From Pseudomonas sp. (lineage in GTDB: Bacteria > Pseudomonadota > Gammaproteobacteria > Pseudomonadales > Pseudomonadaceae): DNA of 64,000 bases. Each line of letters starts with the position of its first letter. Position 1 is the stretch's first letter. The stretch lies in assembly GCF_048269965.1 (NCBI RefSeq), contig NZ_JBLWTV010000007.1, positions 171,663 to 235,662 of the forward strand, in the 5' to 3' direction. The position numbers were made by a program, and so were the translations under genes. Of this stretch, positions 24,577-36,123 are shown in pieces. A model generated the notes under the pieces. That model made no database searches and had not been told where the DNA came from. It saw only the letters and a list, made by a program, of their open reading frames with translations.

Positions 24577-26424
24577 TCACTCGTCGAGGAAGGAGCGCAG
24601 ATGCTCGCTTCGCGTCGGGTGGCGCAGCTTGCGCAGCGCCTTGGCTTCGATCTGACGAATACGCTCACGGGTAACATCGAACTGCTTGCCCACTTCCTCG
24701 AGGGTGTGGTCGGTGTTCATGTCGATACCGAAGCGCATGCGCAGGACCTTGGCTTCACGGGCAGTGAGGCCGGCCAGCACTTCGCGCGTGGCTTCCTTGA
24801 GGCTTTCGACCGTGGCTACGTCGATCGGGGACTGCATGGTGCTGTCCTCAATGAAGTCGCCCAGGTGCGAATCTTCGTCGTCGCCAATCGGGGTTTCCAT
24901 GGAGATCGGCTCTTTGGCGATCTTCAATACCTTGCGGATCTTGTCCTCGGGCATTTCCATGCGCTCACCCAGCTCTTCCGGGGTGGGCTCGCGGCCCATT
25001 TCCTGGAGCATCTGACGGGAGATGCGGTTGAGCTTGTTGATGGTCTCGATCATGTGCACCGGAATACGGATGGTGCGCGCCTGGTCGGCGATCGAGCGGG
25101 TGATCGCCTGGCGAATCCACCAGGTGGCGTAGGTCGAGAACTTGTAGCCGCGACGGTATTCGAACTTGTCCACCGCCTTCATCAGGCCGATGTTGCCTTC
25201 CTGGATCAGGTCGAGGAACTGCAGGCCGCGGTTGGTGTACTTCTTGGCGATGGAGATGACCAGACGCAGGTTGGCCTCGACCATTTCCTTCTTGGCGCGG
25301 CGAGCTTTCGCTTCACCGATGGACATGCGACGGTTGATGTCCTTGATCTCGGCCAGGGTCAGGCTGCACTCGGCTTCCAGGTCGGCAAGCTTCTGCTGGC
25401 AGCGCTGGATGTCGCCCTGCAGGTTGCCCAGGGCTTCGGCGTACTTGGCCTTGCCCTTGGCCAGGTCGGCGGCCCAGTCCATGTCGATTTCGTTGCCCGG
25501 GAACAGGCGCAGGAAGTCGGCACGCGGCATGCGCGCATCACGTACGCATAGCTGCATGATGGCGCGCTCTTGCGAACGCAGACGGTCGAGGGCGTCGCGC
25601 ACCTGGGTGACCAGGGCGTCGTACTGCTTGGGCACCAGCTTGATCGGCATGAACAGCTCGGCCAGGGTGGCCAGCTCTTCGATGGCCTGCTTGCTGCCAC
25701 GGCCATGCTTCTTCAGCGCCTTGAGGACTTTGTCCTGCTGCTCGGCCACGGCGTTGAAACGGCGAGCCGCTTCTTCCGGGTCCGGGCCGCCATCGCCTTC
25801 TTCTTCCTCGTCGTCGCCGCTCTCGTCTTCTTCTTCGTCGTCGCTTTCTTCAGCGGCGGCGCCTTCCTTGACGGGAACGGGGGCGGCGGCTTCGTCAGGC
25901 ACACTGCCGTCATCCGGGTCGATGTAGCCACTGAGGACTTCGGCCAGGCGGCCGCCCTCGGTGGTGACGCGGGTGTACTCGGCGAGGATGCCGTCGACGG
26001 TGCCGGGGAAGTGAGCGATGGCGCTCATGACTTCGCGGATGCCTTCCTCGATGCGCTTGGCGATTTCGATCTCGCCTTCGCGGGTCAGCAGTTCCACGGT
26101 ACCCATTTCGCGCATGTACATGCGCACCGGGTCAGTGGTGCGGCCGATATCGGTCTCGACGGCGGCGAGGGCAGCTGCGGCTTCTTCGGCTGCAGCCTCG
26201 TCGGTGTCGGCATCGGCCAGCATCAGGGCGTCTGCATCCGGAGCACTCTCGTGTACCGGGATCCCCATGTCATTGATCATGCGGATGATGTCTTCCACCT
26301 GCTCAGGATCTGAAATGTCCTCAGGCAAGTGGTCGTTGACCTCTGCGTAAGTCAGATACTTCTGCTCACGACCCAGGGTGATCAACTCTTTGATACGAGA
26401 TTGCTGCTGCGCTTTTACGGACAT
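24577..26424 (-). CDS. rpoD: RNA polymerase sigma-70 factor RpoD
   Basis: 615 aa. Begins [48 protein letters not shown], has an acidic insert, and carries conserved regions 2-4 ([50 protein letters not shown]). Confidence 0.98.
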   Translation of the reverse strand: MSVKAQQQSRIKELITLGREQKYLTYAEVNDHLPEDISDPEQVEDIIRMINDMGIPVHESAPDADALMLADADTDEAAAEEAAAALAAVETDIGRTTDPVRMYMREMGTVELLTREGEIEIAKRIEEGIREVMSAIAHFPGTVDGILAEYTRVTTEGGRLAEVLSGYIDPDDGSVPDEAAAPVPVKEGAAAEESDDEEEDESGDDEEEEGDGGPDPEEAARRFNAVAEQQDKVLKALKKHGRGSKQAIEELATLAELFMPIKLVPKQYDALVTQVRDALDRLRSQERAIMQLCVRDARMPRADFLRLFPGNEIDMDWAADLAKGKAKYAEALGNLQGDIQRCQQKLADLEAECSLTLAEIKDINRRMSIGEAKARRAKKEMVEANLRLVISIAKKYTNRGLQFLDLIQEGNIGLMKAVDKFEYRRGYKFSTYATWWIRQAITRSIADQARTIRIPVHMIETINKLNRISRQMLQEMGREPTPEELGERMEMPEDKIRKVLKIAKEPISMETPIGDDEDSHLGDFIEDSTMQSPIDVATVESLKEATREVLAGLTAREAKVLRMRFGIDMNTDHTLEEVGKQFDVTRERIRQIEAKALRKLRHPTRSEHLRSFLDE

Positions 26425-26491
26425 AACACCCTATCCACTGAAGGTCTTGGCGGGCTGAAAACAAGCCGAGGATTATACCTCGGTTTTGGCT

Positions 26492-28492
26492 TTAGGCGCC
26501 AGTTGGGGACTTGCTGCTCTGCGAGGAGGCCAGGCTGTAGTGCTCTCTGAGCAATGTCTTTTCCTCGTCGGTGAGCTCGCTGGGGCTTTTATGAATGATG
26601 CTGCGGAGCGCCTTTTCACGCCGCCTCTGCGATTGACTGTTTGCAAGTGTAGTAATGGTGTCGAAAAACTGCTGTTCAAGGTTGTCACCCTGGATCAGCC
26701 ATTCCTTCTCCGCCAGCGCCCGCAGCAGGCGACCCTGTTCGGTGCCGTGCCAGCGGGCGATCAGTTGCAGCGAACGCAGGCTGGGCGTTTTCTGCAGGGC
26801 ACCGACCAGGGCCACGAGAAGCTGGGCGTAGGTGTCATCTTCATCGGCGAAATGGCTGACATCTTCGACCTTTTGCGCCAGGTGCGGATGGTGCAGCAGC
26901 GTGCGCAGTGCGATCAGGTGCGGTGATTCGACGCTCACGGCGGTGCGCGGGGCACGTGGTGCGAAATCGCCCTTGCCCTTCTTGTTCCACTTGCCGCCGC
27001 CATCTTTTTTCCAGCTGCCCTTACCGCCTTCGTTGCTGCGCTCGTAATGTTGCTGCGGTGGTGCGGGTTGCTCGTAACCGCCGACGTCCGGCAGGTTGTC
27101 GTAATAGGCGCTGTCGGGGACGTCGCCGTAATCCGGGTAATCGCTGCTGGGCGTCTGACTGGTGGTGCTCGGCGTGTGACTGCGCGGGGCGCTGGCGACC
27201 TGGCTCAATGCTTCGCCGGAAAGGCCGGTGATCTCGCTCAGGCGCTGGCGCATCAGGGCGCGCAGGTTGTTGCCGGGAATCTTGTCGATCAGCGGCGCGG
27301 CCAGGGTCACCAGGTGTGCCTTGCCTTCCAGCGAGCGCGGGTCGGCTTCTTCGCACAGTTGCTGGAAGAAGTAGTCGGCCAGCGGTTGCGCGTGCTGGTT
27401 GATGCGCGCGCGGAAGGCGTCGGTGCCCTCGGCGCGGACCAGGGTGTCCGGGTCTTCGCCGTCGGGCAGGAACAGAAAGCGTGCGCGCCGGCCATCCTGC
27501 AGGCTCGACAGGGTGGACTCCAGGGCGCGCCAGGCGGCATTGCGCCCGGCAGCGTCGCCGTCGAAACAGAACAGCACGCTGGGCACGATGCGGAACAGGC
27601 GCTTGAGGTGTTCCTCGCTGGTGGCCGTGCCCAGGGTCGCCACGGCATTGCGCAGGCCTTGCTGGGCCAGGGCGATGACGTCCATGTAGCCTTCGACCAC
27701 CATGATCTCGTCGAGATCGCGGTTGTGCTTGCGCGCCTCGTACAGGCCGTAGAGTTCCTGGCCCTTGTGGAACACCGGGGTTTCCGGTGAGTTGAGGTAC
27801 TTGGGCTTGTCGTCGCCGAGCACGCGGCCGCCGAAGGCGATCACCCGGCCGCGGCTGTCGCGGATGGGGAACATGATGCGGTCGCGGAAGCGGTCGTAGC
27901 GCCTGCCGTTTTCGGCGTTCTCGATCAGCAGGCCGGCATCGATCATGACTTTCTGCTGCAGGGCGTCGGCGCCCAGTTGCTTGAGCAGGTTGTCCCAGCC
28001 GGGCGGGGCGAAGCCGATGCCGAAGTCGCGGGCGATTTCCCCGGTCAGGCCGCGACCCTTGAGGTAGTCCACGGCGTACTTGCGTTGCGGATGGCTTTTC
28101 AGTGCCTGGCGATAGTGCTCGGCGGCGGCATTGAGCAACGGGTAGAGCGGTGAGTCGACCGGTTGCCTGGGTTTGTGTCCGCGACCACTTTCCTCGCGCG
28201 GCACGTCCATGCCGGCGCGCTTGGCCAGCTCCTCGATCGCCTGGGGGAATTCCAGTTGATCGTGGTCCATGACGAAGCCGAGGGCGTTGCCGCCGGCGCC
28301 GCAACCGAAGCAGTAGTAGAACTGCTTGTCCGGGCTGACGGTGAAGGAGGGGGTCTTCTCCTTGTGGAACGGGCAGCAGGCGCTGTAGTTCTTGCCGGTC
28401 TTCTTCAGCTGGATGCGCGAACTCACCACATCGACGATGTCGGTGCGGTTGAGCAAGTCATCGATGAAGGATTGCGGGATCAGGCCGGCCAT
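26492..28492 (-). CDS. dnaG: DNA primase
   Basis: Zinc-ribbon CCPFHKEKTPSFTVSPDKQFYYCFGCGAGGN, a TOPRIM region (VVEGYMDVIAL), and operon position between rpsU and rpoD. Confidence 0.97.
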   Translation of the reverse strand: MAGLIPQSFIDDLLNRTDIVDVVSSRIQLKKTGKNYSACCPFHKEKTPSFTVSPDKQFYYCFGCGAGGNALGFVMDHDQLEFPQAIEELAKRAGMDVPREESGRGHKPRQPVDSPLYPLLNAAAEHYRQALKSHPQRKYAVDYLKGRGLTGEIARDFGIGFAPPGWDNLLKQLGADALQQKVMIDAGLLIENAENGRRYDRFRDRIMFPIRDSRGRVIAFGGRVLGDDKPKYLNSPETPVFHKGQELYGLYEARKHNRDLDEIMVVEGYMDVIALAQQGLRNAVATLGTATSEEHLKRLFRIVPSVLFCFDGDAAGRNAAWRALESTLSSLQDGRRARFLFLPDGEDPDTLVRAEGTDAFRARINQHAQPLADYFFQQLCEEADPRSLEGKAHLVTLAAPLIDKIPGNNLRALMRQRLSEITGLSGEALSQVASAPRSHTPSTTSQTPSSDYPDYGDVPDSAYYDNLPDVGGYEQPAPPQQHYERSNEGGKGSWKKDGGGKWNKKGKGDFAPRAPRTAVSVESPHLIALRTLLHHPHLAQKVEDVSHFADEDDTYAQLLVALVGALQKTPSLRSLQLIARWHGTEQGRLLRALAEKEWLIQGDNLEQQFFDTITTLANSQSQRRREKALRSIIHKSPSELTDEEKTLLREHYSLASSQSSKSPTGA

Positions 28493-28540
28493 AGGCGCTC
28501 AGCATACTGCCCGGCGCAAGCGCGGGACAACGATGGGTAG

Positions 28541-28585
28541 AAAAGCAAAAACTCCGCTCACTCGCTGAAGCGCGAGGCGGAGTCT
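28541..28585 (-). terminator. Internal attenuator/terminator between rpsU and dnaG
   Basis: Minus strand reads GACTCCGC-(inner hairpin CTCGC..GCGAG)-GCGGAGT followed by TTTTGCTTTT. An analogous internal terminator is known in the E. coli rpsU-dnaG-rpoD operon. Confidence 0.7.
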
Positions 28586-28638
28586 TTCAAATGCAATGCC
28601 CGGCCAGAGCCGGGCATTCGAGCGTTGCGTGTACGGTA

Positions 28639-28854
28639 TTAGTACAGGCGAACGCTGCGACGCTGTTCGCGCTGCACTTTCTTGGCGTGACGCTTAACAG
28701 CGGCAGCGGCCTTGCGCTTACGCTCAGCGGTCGGCTTTTCGTAGAATTCGCGGCTACGGACTTCAGCCAGTACGCCGGCTTTCTCGCAGGAGCGCTTGAA
28801 ACGACGCAGGGCTACGTCGAAGGGTTCGTTCTCTTTAACTTTGACGGCTGGCAT
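28639..28854 (-). CDS. rpsU: 30S ribosomal protein S21
   Basis: 71 aa, [48 protein letters not shown]... Confidence 0.98.
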   Translation of the reverse strand: MPAVKVKENEPFDVALRRFKRSCEKAGVLAEVRSREFYEKPTAERKRKAAAAVKRHAKKVQREQRRSVRLY

Positions 28855-29057
28855 CCAGGTCGTACCTTCGTTAATTACCGGTGTTCAACGCGCTCCCGGC
28901 AAATGGCTCGGGTTGCGTCGGTTTTTAAGGGTTGCGGATGTTACCCCCTCGAGCCGAGGAATGCAAAGGCCTCTGATCGAAAAGCGCTGGCCGCTCCGCC
29001 GGGCGGCGCTTATCATGCGCGCCTTTGTTCCACGCGGCAAATCAAGGCTCAAGCTCC

Positions 29058-30083
29058 ATGCTCGTACTGGGATTGGAAACCTCCTGCGATGAAACCGGCG
29101 TCGCGCTCTATGACAGTGAGCGCGGCCTGCTGGCTGACGCCCTGTTCAGCCAGATCGACCTGCATCGCGTCTACGGCGGCGTCGTGCCGGAATTGGCCTC
29201 GCGCGATCACGTCAAACGCATGCTGCCGCTGATCCGCCAGGTGCTGGATGAGGCGGGCAAGCAGGCCAGCGACATCGACGCACTGGCCTACACGGCAGGC
29301 CCAGGCCTGGTCGGTGCGCTGCTGGTCGGCGCGTCCTGCGCGCAGGCGCTGGCATTTGCCTGGGGCGTACCGGCCGTCGGCGTGCACCATATGGAAGGTC
29401 ACTTGCTGGCGCCGATGCTGGAAGAGCAACCGCCAGCCTTTCCGTTCGTCGCCTTGTTGGTGTCCGGTGGTCATACCCAGTTGGTGCGAGTCGATGGCAT
29501 CGGCCAGTACCAGTTGCTCGGCGAGTCGCTGGACGACGCTGCCGGTGAGGCCTTCGACAAGACTGCCAAGCTGATGGGCCTGAACTATCCGGGCGGCCCG
29601 GAGATCGCCAAGCTGGCCGAGCAGGGCACGCCGGGGCGTTTCGTTTTCCCCAGGCCGATGACCGATCGTCCGGGCCTGGATTTCAGCTTCAGCGGCCTCA
29701 AGACCTTTGCGCTCAATACCTGGCAGCAATGCCGCGACAACGGTGACGACCTCGACCAAGCCCGTCGCGACATCGCGCTGGCCTTCCAGCAGGCGGTGGT
29801 CGAGACTCTGACCATCAAGTGCAAGCGCGCGCTCAAGCAGAGCGGGCTGAACAGCCTGGTGATCGCCGGTGGCGTGAGTGCCAACAAGGCGCTGCGCGAG
29901 CATCTGGAGCGCATGCTGGGCGAGATGAAGGGCAAGGTGTTCTACGCGCGGCCACGCTTCTGCACCGACAACGGCGCGATGATCGCCTACGCCGGGTGCC
30001 AGCGTTTGCTGGCCGGGCAGCATGAGGATCTGGCGATCAAGGTACAGGCGCGCTGGCCGATGGAGTCGCTGCCGGCGATTTAA
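29058..30083 (+). CDS. tsaD: tRNA N6-adenosine threonylcarbamoyltransferase TsaD
   Basis: ORF trimmed to ATG 29058 ([19 protein letters not shown]). Also has [10 protein letters not shown] and VSGGHTQL. Divergent from rpsU as in other gammaproteobacteria. Confidence 0.95.
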   Translation: MLVLGLETSCDETGVALYDSERGLLADALFSQIDLHRVYGGVVPELASRDHVKRMLPLIRQVLDEAGKQASDIDALAYTAGPGLVGALLVGASCAQALAFAWGVPAVGVHHMEGHLLAPMLEEQPPAFPFVALLVSGGHTQLVRVDGIGQYQLLGESLDDAAGEAFDKTAKLMGLNYPGGPEIAKLAEQGTPGRFVFPRPMTDRPGLDFSFSGLKTFALNTWQQCRDNGDDLDQARRDIALAFQQAVVETLTIKCKRALKQSGLNSLVIAGGVSANKALREHLERMLGEMKGKVFYARPRFCTDNGAMIAYAGCQRLLAGQHEDLAIKVQARWPMESLPAI

Positions 30084-30098
30084 CGAAACGCATGTACC

Positions 30099-30145
30099 GT
30101 AGGAGCGGCTTCAGCCGCGAAAATCGCGGCTGAACCCGCTCCTAC
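30099..30145. repeat. REP hairpin (GTAGGAGCGG family) between convergent tsaD and plsY
   Basis: GTAGGAGCGGCTTCAGCCGCGAAAATCGCGGCTGAACCCGCTCCTAC. Likely a bidirectional terminator. Confidence 0.8.
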
Positions 30146-30152
30146 GGGTTAT

Positions 30153-30731
30153 TCAAAAGCGCCGCTCGCGGCCGGCGAACAGATCACGCAGATTGTTGCG
30201 GTGGCGCCAGACGATCAGCCCGGCCAGCACGCAGACCGGCAGCAAGGCAGCCGGTTGCTGCCAGGCCAGCAGCGGTAGCGTCAGCGGTGTGGCGATCAGC
30301 GAGGCCAGCGAGCTGGTGCGGGTCAGCAGGAATACCAGGGCCCAGGCTGCCAGGGCGAGCAAGGCGGCTGGTGGGTAGAGGCCGAGCAGCATGCCGGCGG
30401 CAGTGGCCACGCCCTTGCCGCCACGAAAACGGAAGTACAGTGGGTAAAGATGGCCGACGACCGCCGCCAGGCCGATCCAGGCCTGCTGATGCAGGCTGAG
30501 GCCGAGCAGCTTGGCGATCAGGATCGGTAGCAGGCCCTTGAGCAGGTCGCCGATCAGCGTCATCACGGCGAGCTTCTTGCCGGCCACGCGCAGCATGTTG
30601 GTGGCGCCGGGGTTGCCCGAGCCGCTGGCGCGCGGGTCTGGCCTGCCAGCGAGTCGGCTGAGCAGGATGGCGAAGGACAGCGAACCGAGCAGGTAGGCAA
30701 GGATTGCCAGAAGCCAGAACATGGTGGCCAT
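30153..30731 (-). CDS. plsY: Glycerol-3-phosphate acyltransferase PlsY
   Basis: Polytopic 192-aa ORF with SGNPGATN and FRGGKGVAT motifs. Start is either ATG 30731 or ATG 30722. Confidence 0.93.
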   Translation of the reverse strand: MATMFWLLAILAYLLGSLSFAILLSRLAGRPDPRASGSGNPGATNMLRVAGKKLAVMTLIGDLLKGLLPILIAKLLGLSLHQQAWIGLAAVVGHLYPLYFRFRGGKGVATAAGMLLGLYPPAALLALAAWALVFLLTRTSSLASLIATPLTLPLLAWQQPAALLPVCVLAGLIVWRHRNNLRDLFAGRERRF

Positions 30732-30797
30732 TCCAGGGCATGGGGTGGCCCGATTCTAACGAGGTGCAGCGCCCTTGTCGTGGCGCGGAGAGTGCGG

Positions 30798-31154
30798 GTG
30801 GACAGAGTATTTATCGAGGGGCTGGAAGTCGACACGGTGATCGGCGCCTACGATTGGGAGCGCGACATTCGCCAGTGCCTGCGTCTGGACCTGCAGATGG
30901 GCTGGGACAACCGCCCGGCGGCAGCCGGTGACGACCTCAACCTGGCGCTCGACTACGCCAGCGTGTCCACGCGCATTCAGGCCTTCGCCGCCGAGTCGCA
31001 GTTCATTCTGGTCGAGACCTTCGCCGAACGGCTGGTGCAGGTCCTGATGGATGAATTCAACATTCCCTGGATGCGACTGAAGCTGACCAAGCCCGGCGCG
31101 GTGCCAGCCGCACGCGGTGGCGTGGGCGTGGAGATCGAGCGCGGATGCCTCTGA
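30798..31154 (+). CDS. folB: Dihydroneopterin aldolase
   Basis: VDRVFIEGLEVDTVIGAYDWERDIRQCLRLDLQM. GTG 30798 is preferred (SD GGAGAG at 30786-30791) over the track start at 30780. Confidence 0.88.
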   Translation: MDRVFIEGLEVDTVIGAYDWERDIRQCLRLDLQMGWDNRPAAAGDDLNLALDYASVSTRIQAFAAESQFILVETFAERLVQVLMDEFNIPWMRLKLTKPGAVPAARGGVGVEIERGCL

Positions 31155-31663
31155 CACGCGTCTTTCTCGGCCTCGGCAGCAATATCGAGCGCGAGGCTCA
31201 TCTCGTCGCGGGCCTCGATGCGCTGACGGTGCTGCTCAGCGACATGCGCTGCTCGCCGGTGTTCGAGAGCCATGCCGTGGGCATCAAGAGCGGCAATTTC
31301 TTCAACCTGGTAGTGGTGGGCGAGACGGAGCTGCCGCTACTGGAACTGGATCGCCGGCTGAAATTCATCGAGGCCGACAATGGCCGCTACGCGCCGGACC
31401 GCAAGGGCTTGCCGCTGGACATCGACGTGCTGCTGTATGGCGAGCAGGTCGGCAATTTCAACGGCCTGATCCTGCCGCGCGCGGAAATTCTCAAGAACGC
31501 CTTCGTGCTCTGGCCGCTGGCATTGCTGGCTCCCGAGGCGTGTCATCCGGTCGATGGCCGTTCGTTCGCCGAGCTGTGGGCGTCGGCGCAGATCGATCAG
31601 CAGCTCTGGCCGGCGGCCTTCCAGTGGCGCGGTGTCGAACTGACGCCCGCTGAGTTGCTGTAG
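31145..31663 (+). CDS. folK: 2-amino-4-hydroxy-6-hydroxymethyldihydropteridine diphosphokinase (HPPK family)
   Basis: RVFLGLGSNIERE..L..A...L and LDIDVLLYG are typical HPPK blocks. Overlaps folB by 10 nt. Confidence 0.8.
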   Translation: MPLTRVFLGLGSNIEREAHLVAGLDALTVLLSDMRCSPVFESHAVGIKSGNFFNLVVVGETELPLLELDRRLKFIEADNGRYAPDRKGLPLDIDVLLYGEQVGNFNGLILPRAEILKNAFVLWPLALLAPEACHPVDGRSFAELWASAQIDQQLWPAAFQWRGVELTPAELL

Positions 31664-31675
31664 ACGCGCCCTGCG

Positions 31676-31828
31676 TAGCCCGGGTGCAATCCGGGGATCG
31701 GCCTCAGAATCGCCCCGGATTTCATCCGGGCTACGGGTTGGCGTTGATCGGTAGGAGCGGATTTATCCGCGAAAAGGCGTGCCGCGGAGTTTCGCGGCTG
31801 AAGCGGAATGCCGCCCAGCCGCTCCTAC
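31676..31828. repeat. REP cluster (CCCGGAT..ATCCGGG units plus a GTAGGAGCGG..CCGCTCCTAC unit)
   Basis: GTAGCCCGGGTGCAATCCGGGG, CCCCGGATTTCATCCGGGCTAC and GTAGGAGCGG...GCCGCTCCTAC (31751-31828). The last arm overlaps the cca stop codon (31825-31827). Confidence 0.8.
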
Positions 31829-33054
31829 GAGGCGTGCTGCTCTTTGTAGGCCTTGAGCGCTTGCAAGCGTTCGCGGTTGAGCGCTTCGCCCAGCTCCGCA
31901 CCCTTGAATCCCTTCTCCAATAGCGGTTTGACCGGCACTTGCCGTGCGGCCTCGGCGGCGCCCAGCAGGTAAGCGGCCTGCGGGTAGTCGCGTTGCTCCA
32001 GGCCCAGGCGACCGCGCGCATCCATCTCGCAGGCTGCGACGAACTCGGCGAAGCGCTGCGGGCGGCGAAACACGTCGAAGCGTTGCAGCAGTTCCAGCAG
32101 TGTCGAGGGGCGCAACTCCAGCGCGCGATGGCCATGGGTATGGAACTCGCCGACCAGCATTGCCAGCTCGGCGCAGTCGCGCGGTGCCTTGCAGCGCTCG
32201 TTGATCGCCTGGATCAGTGGCAGGCCTTTGGGCTCGTGGGCGATATGCCGTGGCCATTCGGCCTCCGGTGTCAGGCCTTTGCCGACGTCATGCAGCAGGC
32301 AGCCCCAGCGCACGTTCAGCGGCTGGTCGTGCTCCGCACACTGGCGCAGCACGCTCAGCACATGCACGCCGGTATCGATTTCCGGATGGTGCGCTTGCGG
32401 TTGCGGCACACCGAACAGAGCGTCGACTTCGGGCAGCAGGGCGGCCAGCGCGCCGCAGTCGCGCAGCACCTGGATGAACACGTCCGGGCGCGGCTCCATC
32501 AGGGCGCGGGATATTTCCTTCCAGCTGCGCTCGGCTGTGAGGTGGGCCAGCTCGCCGGATTCGGCCAATTGACGCATCAGCTCAAGGGTTTCTGGCGCGA
32601 CGCTGAAACCGAGCGGTGCATAGCGAGCGGCGAAGCGGGCCACGCGCAGGACGCGCAGCGGATCTTCGGCGAAGGCCGGCGATACGTGGCGCAGGACGCG
32701 GGCTTCAAGATCTTGCTGGCCGCCATAAGGATCGATCAGGTTGCCCTGGTCGTCCTCGGCCATGGCATTGACGGTCAGGTCGCGGCGGATCAGGTCTTGT
32801 TCCAGCGTGACCTCGGGGCTGGCGTGGAAGGTGAAGCCGCCATAGCCGCGCCCGCTCTTGCGCTCGGTACGGGCCAGTGCGTACTCCTCGCCCGTTTGCG
32901 GGTGCAGGAACACCGGAAAGTCGGCGCCCACCGGGCGATAGCCGAGTTCTAGCATTTGCTCGGCGCTGGCGCCGACCACCACCCAGTCCACTTCACTGAC
33001 GGGCCGGCCGAGCAGGCGATCGCGTACCGCGCCGCCGACTGTGTAGATCTGCAT
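31825..33054 (-). CDS. cca: Multifunctional CCA-adding enzyme
   Basis: ORF trimmed to ATG 33054 ([37 protein letters not shown]). Has an HD domain (LLHDVGK). 409 aa. Confidence 0.93.
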   Translation of the reverse strand: MQIYTVGGAVRDRLLGRPVSEVDWVVVGASAEQMLELGYRPVGADFPVFLHPQTGEEYALARTERKSGRGYGGFTFHASPEVTLEQDLIRRDLTVNAMAEDDQGNLIDPYGGQQDLEARVLRHVSPAFAEDPLRVLRVARFAARYAPLGFSVAPETLELMRQLAESGELAHLTAERSWKEISRALMEPRPDVFIQVLRDCGALAALLPEVDALFGVPQPQAHHPEIDTGVHVLSVLRQCAEHDQPLNVRWGCLLHDVGKGLTPEAEWPRHIAHEPKGLPLIQAINERCKAPRDCAELAMLVGEFHTHGHRALELRPSTLLELLQRFDVFRRPQRFAEFVAACEMDARGRLGLEQRDYPQAAYLLGAAEAARQVPVKPLLEKGFKGAELGEALNRERLQALKAYKEQHAS

Positions 33055-33164
33055 GTGTGTTCCTCCACTGAGCGCAGAGGATACCGAAGATCGGGGCAGG
33101 GCGTGTCCTGCCACGCTTAAGGCGTGGCCATGGTCGGCAGCCGGGCGCGCGCTGCAGATGCCGA

Positions 33165-34730
33165 TCAGATCGGCGGAATGATCAGGTCCAGCCTCGGGTA
33201 TTCGCTGTCGTTCTCCGAGCTGCCGCGCGGTGGTACATGCTGCGTGGTGATCAACTGGTCGCCCTGACAGACCTCCAGGTGAATGTCGAAGCCCCACAGC
33301 CGGTGCAGGTGCTTGAGCACCTCGCCGGTGGAGTCGCCCAGTGGTTTGCGGTCGTGCTGCTGATGGCGCAAGGTCAGCGAGCGGTCGCCACGGCGGTCGA
33401 TGTTCCAGATCTGCACGTTGGGCTCGCGGTTGCCCAGGTTGTACTGCGCGGCGAGCAGTTCGCGGATGGTGCGATAACCTGGTTCGTCATGAATGGCCGG
33501 CACCAGCAGTTCGTCCTTCTGGTCGTCGTCGAGGATGCCGAACAGCTTGAAGTCGCGAATCACCTTGGGCGAGAGGAACTGCAGGATGAAGCTCTCGTCC
33601 TTGAAGCTGTTCATGGCGAACTTGAGCGTGGTCAGCCAGTCGCTGCCGGCGATATCCGGGAACCAGCGTTTGTCTTCTTCGGTGGGGTTTTCGCAGATAC
33701 GGCGAATGTCGCGGTACATGGCAAAACCCAGGGCGTAGGGGTTGATACCACTGTAGTAGGGACTGTCGAACGGCGGCTGGTAGACCACGCTGGTGTGCGA
33801 CTGCAGGAACTCCATCATGAAGCCGTCGGTGACCAGGCCTTCGTCGTACAGGTCGTTCATCAGGGTGTAGTGCCAGAAGGTAGCCCAACCTTCGTTCATC
33901 ACCTGGGTCTGGCGCTGCGGGTAGAAGTACTGGGCGATCTTGCGCACGATGCGGATCACTTCGCGCTGCCAGGGCTCCAGCAACGGCGCGTGTTTTTCCA
34001 GAAAATAGAGGATGTTTTCCTGCGGTTCGGCGGGGAAGCGCTTGTTGTCCTTCTCGCCGCTCTTGTCCGCGTTCCTGGGAATGGTGCGCCACAGGTCGTT
34101 GATCTGCTTCTGCAGGTGTTCCTCGCGTTCCTTCTGGCGCCGCCGCTCTTCTTCGGCGGAGATGGGGTAGGGGCGTTTGTAACGGTCGACGCCGTAGTTC
34201 ATCAGGGCATGGCAGGAGTCGAGCAACTCCTCCACGGCGTCGATGCCGTAGCGCTCCTCGCACTGCATGATGTACTGCTTGGCGAACACCAGGTAATCGA
34301 TGATCGAGCTGGCGTCCGTCCAGGTACGGAACAGGTAGTTGCCCTTGAAGAAACTGTTGTGGCCGTAGCAGGCGTGGGCGATCACCAGCGCCTGCATGCA
34401 GATGGTGTTTTCTTCCATCAGGTAGGCGATGCAGGGGTCGGAGTTGATCACGATCTCGTAGGCCAGGCCCATCTGCCCGCGCTTGTAGCCTTTCTCGGTG
34501 GCGAGGAAGTGCTTGCCGTATGACCAGTGGTGATAGCCCAGCGGCATGCCGACCGAGGCGTAGGCATCCATCATCTGTTCGGCGGTGATCACTTCGATCT
34601 GGTTGGGGTAGGTGTCCAGCGCATAGCGCTCGGCGATGCGCGCGATCTCCTTGTCGTATTGGCGGATCAGGTCGAAGGTCCACTCCGAACCGGTGGACAG
34701 CGGTTGGCGTTTCTTGGCGGTGGCGCTCAT
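33165..34730 (-). CDS. SpoVR-family protein (YcgB-like)
   Basis: 521 aa, with [35 protein letters not shown]. Third gene of the prkA-yeaH-spoVR triad. Confidence 0.9.
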   Translation of the reverse strand: MSATAKKRQPLSTGSEWTFDLIRQYDKEIARIAERYALDTYPNQIEVITAEQMMDAYASVGMPLGYHHWSYGKHFLATEKGYKRGQMGLAYEIVINSDPCIAYLMEENTICMQALVIAHACYGHNSFFKGNYLFRTWTDASSIIDYLVFAKQYIMQCEERYGIDAVEELLDSCHALMNYGVDRYKRPYPISAEEERRRQKEREEHLQKQINDLWRTIPRNADKSGEKDNKRFPAEPQENILYFLEKHAPLLEPWQREVIRIVRKIAQYFYPQRQTQVMNEGWATFWHYTLMNDLYDEGLVTDGFMMEFLQSHTSVVYQPPFDSPYYSGINPYALGFAMYRDIRRICENPTEEDKRWFPDIAGSDWLTTLKFAMNSFKDESFILQFLSPKVIRDFKLFGILDDDQKDELLVPAIHDEPGYRTIRELLAAQYNLGNREPNVQIWNIDRRGDRSLTLRHQQHDRKPLGDSTGEVLKHLHRLWGFDIHLEVCQGDQLITTQHVPPRGSSENDSEYPRLDLIIPPI

Positions 34731-34740
34731 GGCATTGACC

Positions 34741-36012
34741 TCAACTCACCAGGCGACGCTGGAACAGTTCGCGGAACACCGGGTAGATGTCTGCGGCGGA
34801 CACCAGTTGCTGCTGGGCGAAGCTGTCGGCGAAGGCTTCGGCCACCTGTTCGTACTCGAACCACAGCGCCTGGTGCTCACGTGGGGTGATCTCGACGTAG
34901 GTGAAGTACTGCACGAACGGCATGATCTGGTTGATCAATATATCCCTGCATACCGGTGAGTCGTCATTCCAGTTGTCGCCGTCCGACGCCTGGGCGGCAT
35001 AGATGTTCCACTCGTTGATCGGGTAGCGCTCGGCCATGACTTCCTGCATCAGCTTCAGCGCGCTGGAAACGATGGTGCCGCCGGTCTCGCGGGAGTAGAA
35101 GAACTCTTCCTCGTCGACCTCTTTTGCACTGGTGTGGTGGCGGATGAACACCACGTCGATCTTGTCGTAATTGCGCTTGAGGAACAGGTACAGAAGGATG
35201 AAGAAGCGCTTGGCCACGTCCTTGGTGGCCTGGGTCATGGAGCCGGACACGTCCATCAGGCAGAACATCACCGCCTTGGAGCTGGGGTTGGGCTGCTTGG
35301 TCAGCAGGTTGTACTTGAGGTCGAAGGTGTCGAGAAACGGCACGCGATGGATGCGCACGCTGAGGCGTTCGATTTCTTCCTGAATGGCCTGTATATCGCC
35401 GAAGTTGTCCGGCTCTTCACGTCGCAGTCGCTCCAGTTCGGCCTTGGCTTCGCGCAATTTGGCGCGGCTGGAGCCGGACAGGGCGATACGCCGCGCGTGG
35501 GCCGAACGCAGGGTGCGCACGATGTTGATGCGTGAGGGGTTGCCCTCGTTGCTGATGCCGGCGCGCACGGTCTTGAAGGTTTCCGCGCCGGTCAGGTGGC
35601 GTTTGACCAGGTTGGGCAGCTCCAGGTCCTCGAACATGAAGTCGAGAAATTCCTCCTGGGTGATCTGGAAGACGAACTCGTCCATGCCTTCGCCGGAGTT
35701 GCTCGCCTTGCCACTGCCGCGCCCACCACCGCCGCCCTGTGGCCGTGGGATGCGTTCGCCGGTGGTGAATTCCTTGTTGCCGGGGTGGACGATGGTCTGC
35801 TTGCCGCCGCGACCATGATGCAGCACCGGCTCGTCGATATCACGACCGGGAATGCTGATCTGCTCGCCATGCTCCATGTCGGTGATGGAGCGCCGGCTGA
35901 CGGCTTCCTCCACCGCCTTCTTGATGTGTTCACGGTAACGCCGCAAAAAGCGCTGGCGGTTCACCGTGCTCTTGTTCTTGCCATTCAGGCGCCGGTCGAT
36001 CACATAGCTCAT
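34741..36012 (-). CDS. yeaH: YeaH/YhbH-family protein (DUF444, vWA-like)
   Basis: ORF trimmed to ATG 36012 ([26 protein letters not shown]). Contains a [14 protein letters not shown]-like motif. Confidence 0.9.
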   Translation of the reverse strand: MSYVIDRRLNGKNKSTVNRQRFLRRYREHIKKAVEEAVSRRSITDMEHGEQISIPGRDIDEPVLHHGRGGKQTIVHPGNKEFTTGERIPRPQGGGGGRGSGKASNSGEGMDEFVFQITQEEFLDFMFEDLELPNLVKRHLTGAETFKTVRAGISNEGNPSRINIVRTLRSAHARRIALSGSSRAKLREAKAELERLRREEPDNFGDIQAIQEEIERLSVRIHRVPFLDTFDLKYNLLTKQPNPSSKAVMFCLMDVSGSMTQATKDVAKRFFILLYLFLKRNYDKIDVVFIRHHTSAKEVDEEEFFYSRETGGTIVSSALKLMQEVMAERYPINEWNIYAAQASDGDNWNDDSPVCRDILINQIMPFVQYFTYVEITPREHQALWFEYEQVAEAFADSFAQQQLVSAADIYPVFRELFQRRLVS

Positions 36013-36123
36013 AAGCCCCTCCGGGGCGGCTTCAAGCCGCAAGCCGCAAGCTGCAAGTAAGCAAAGGGCGGCCAGCGCCCCCGCTCGTTCTTGCCGCTTG
36101 AAACCTGTAGCTTGCGGCTGCTG

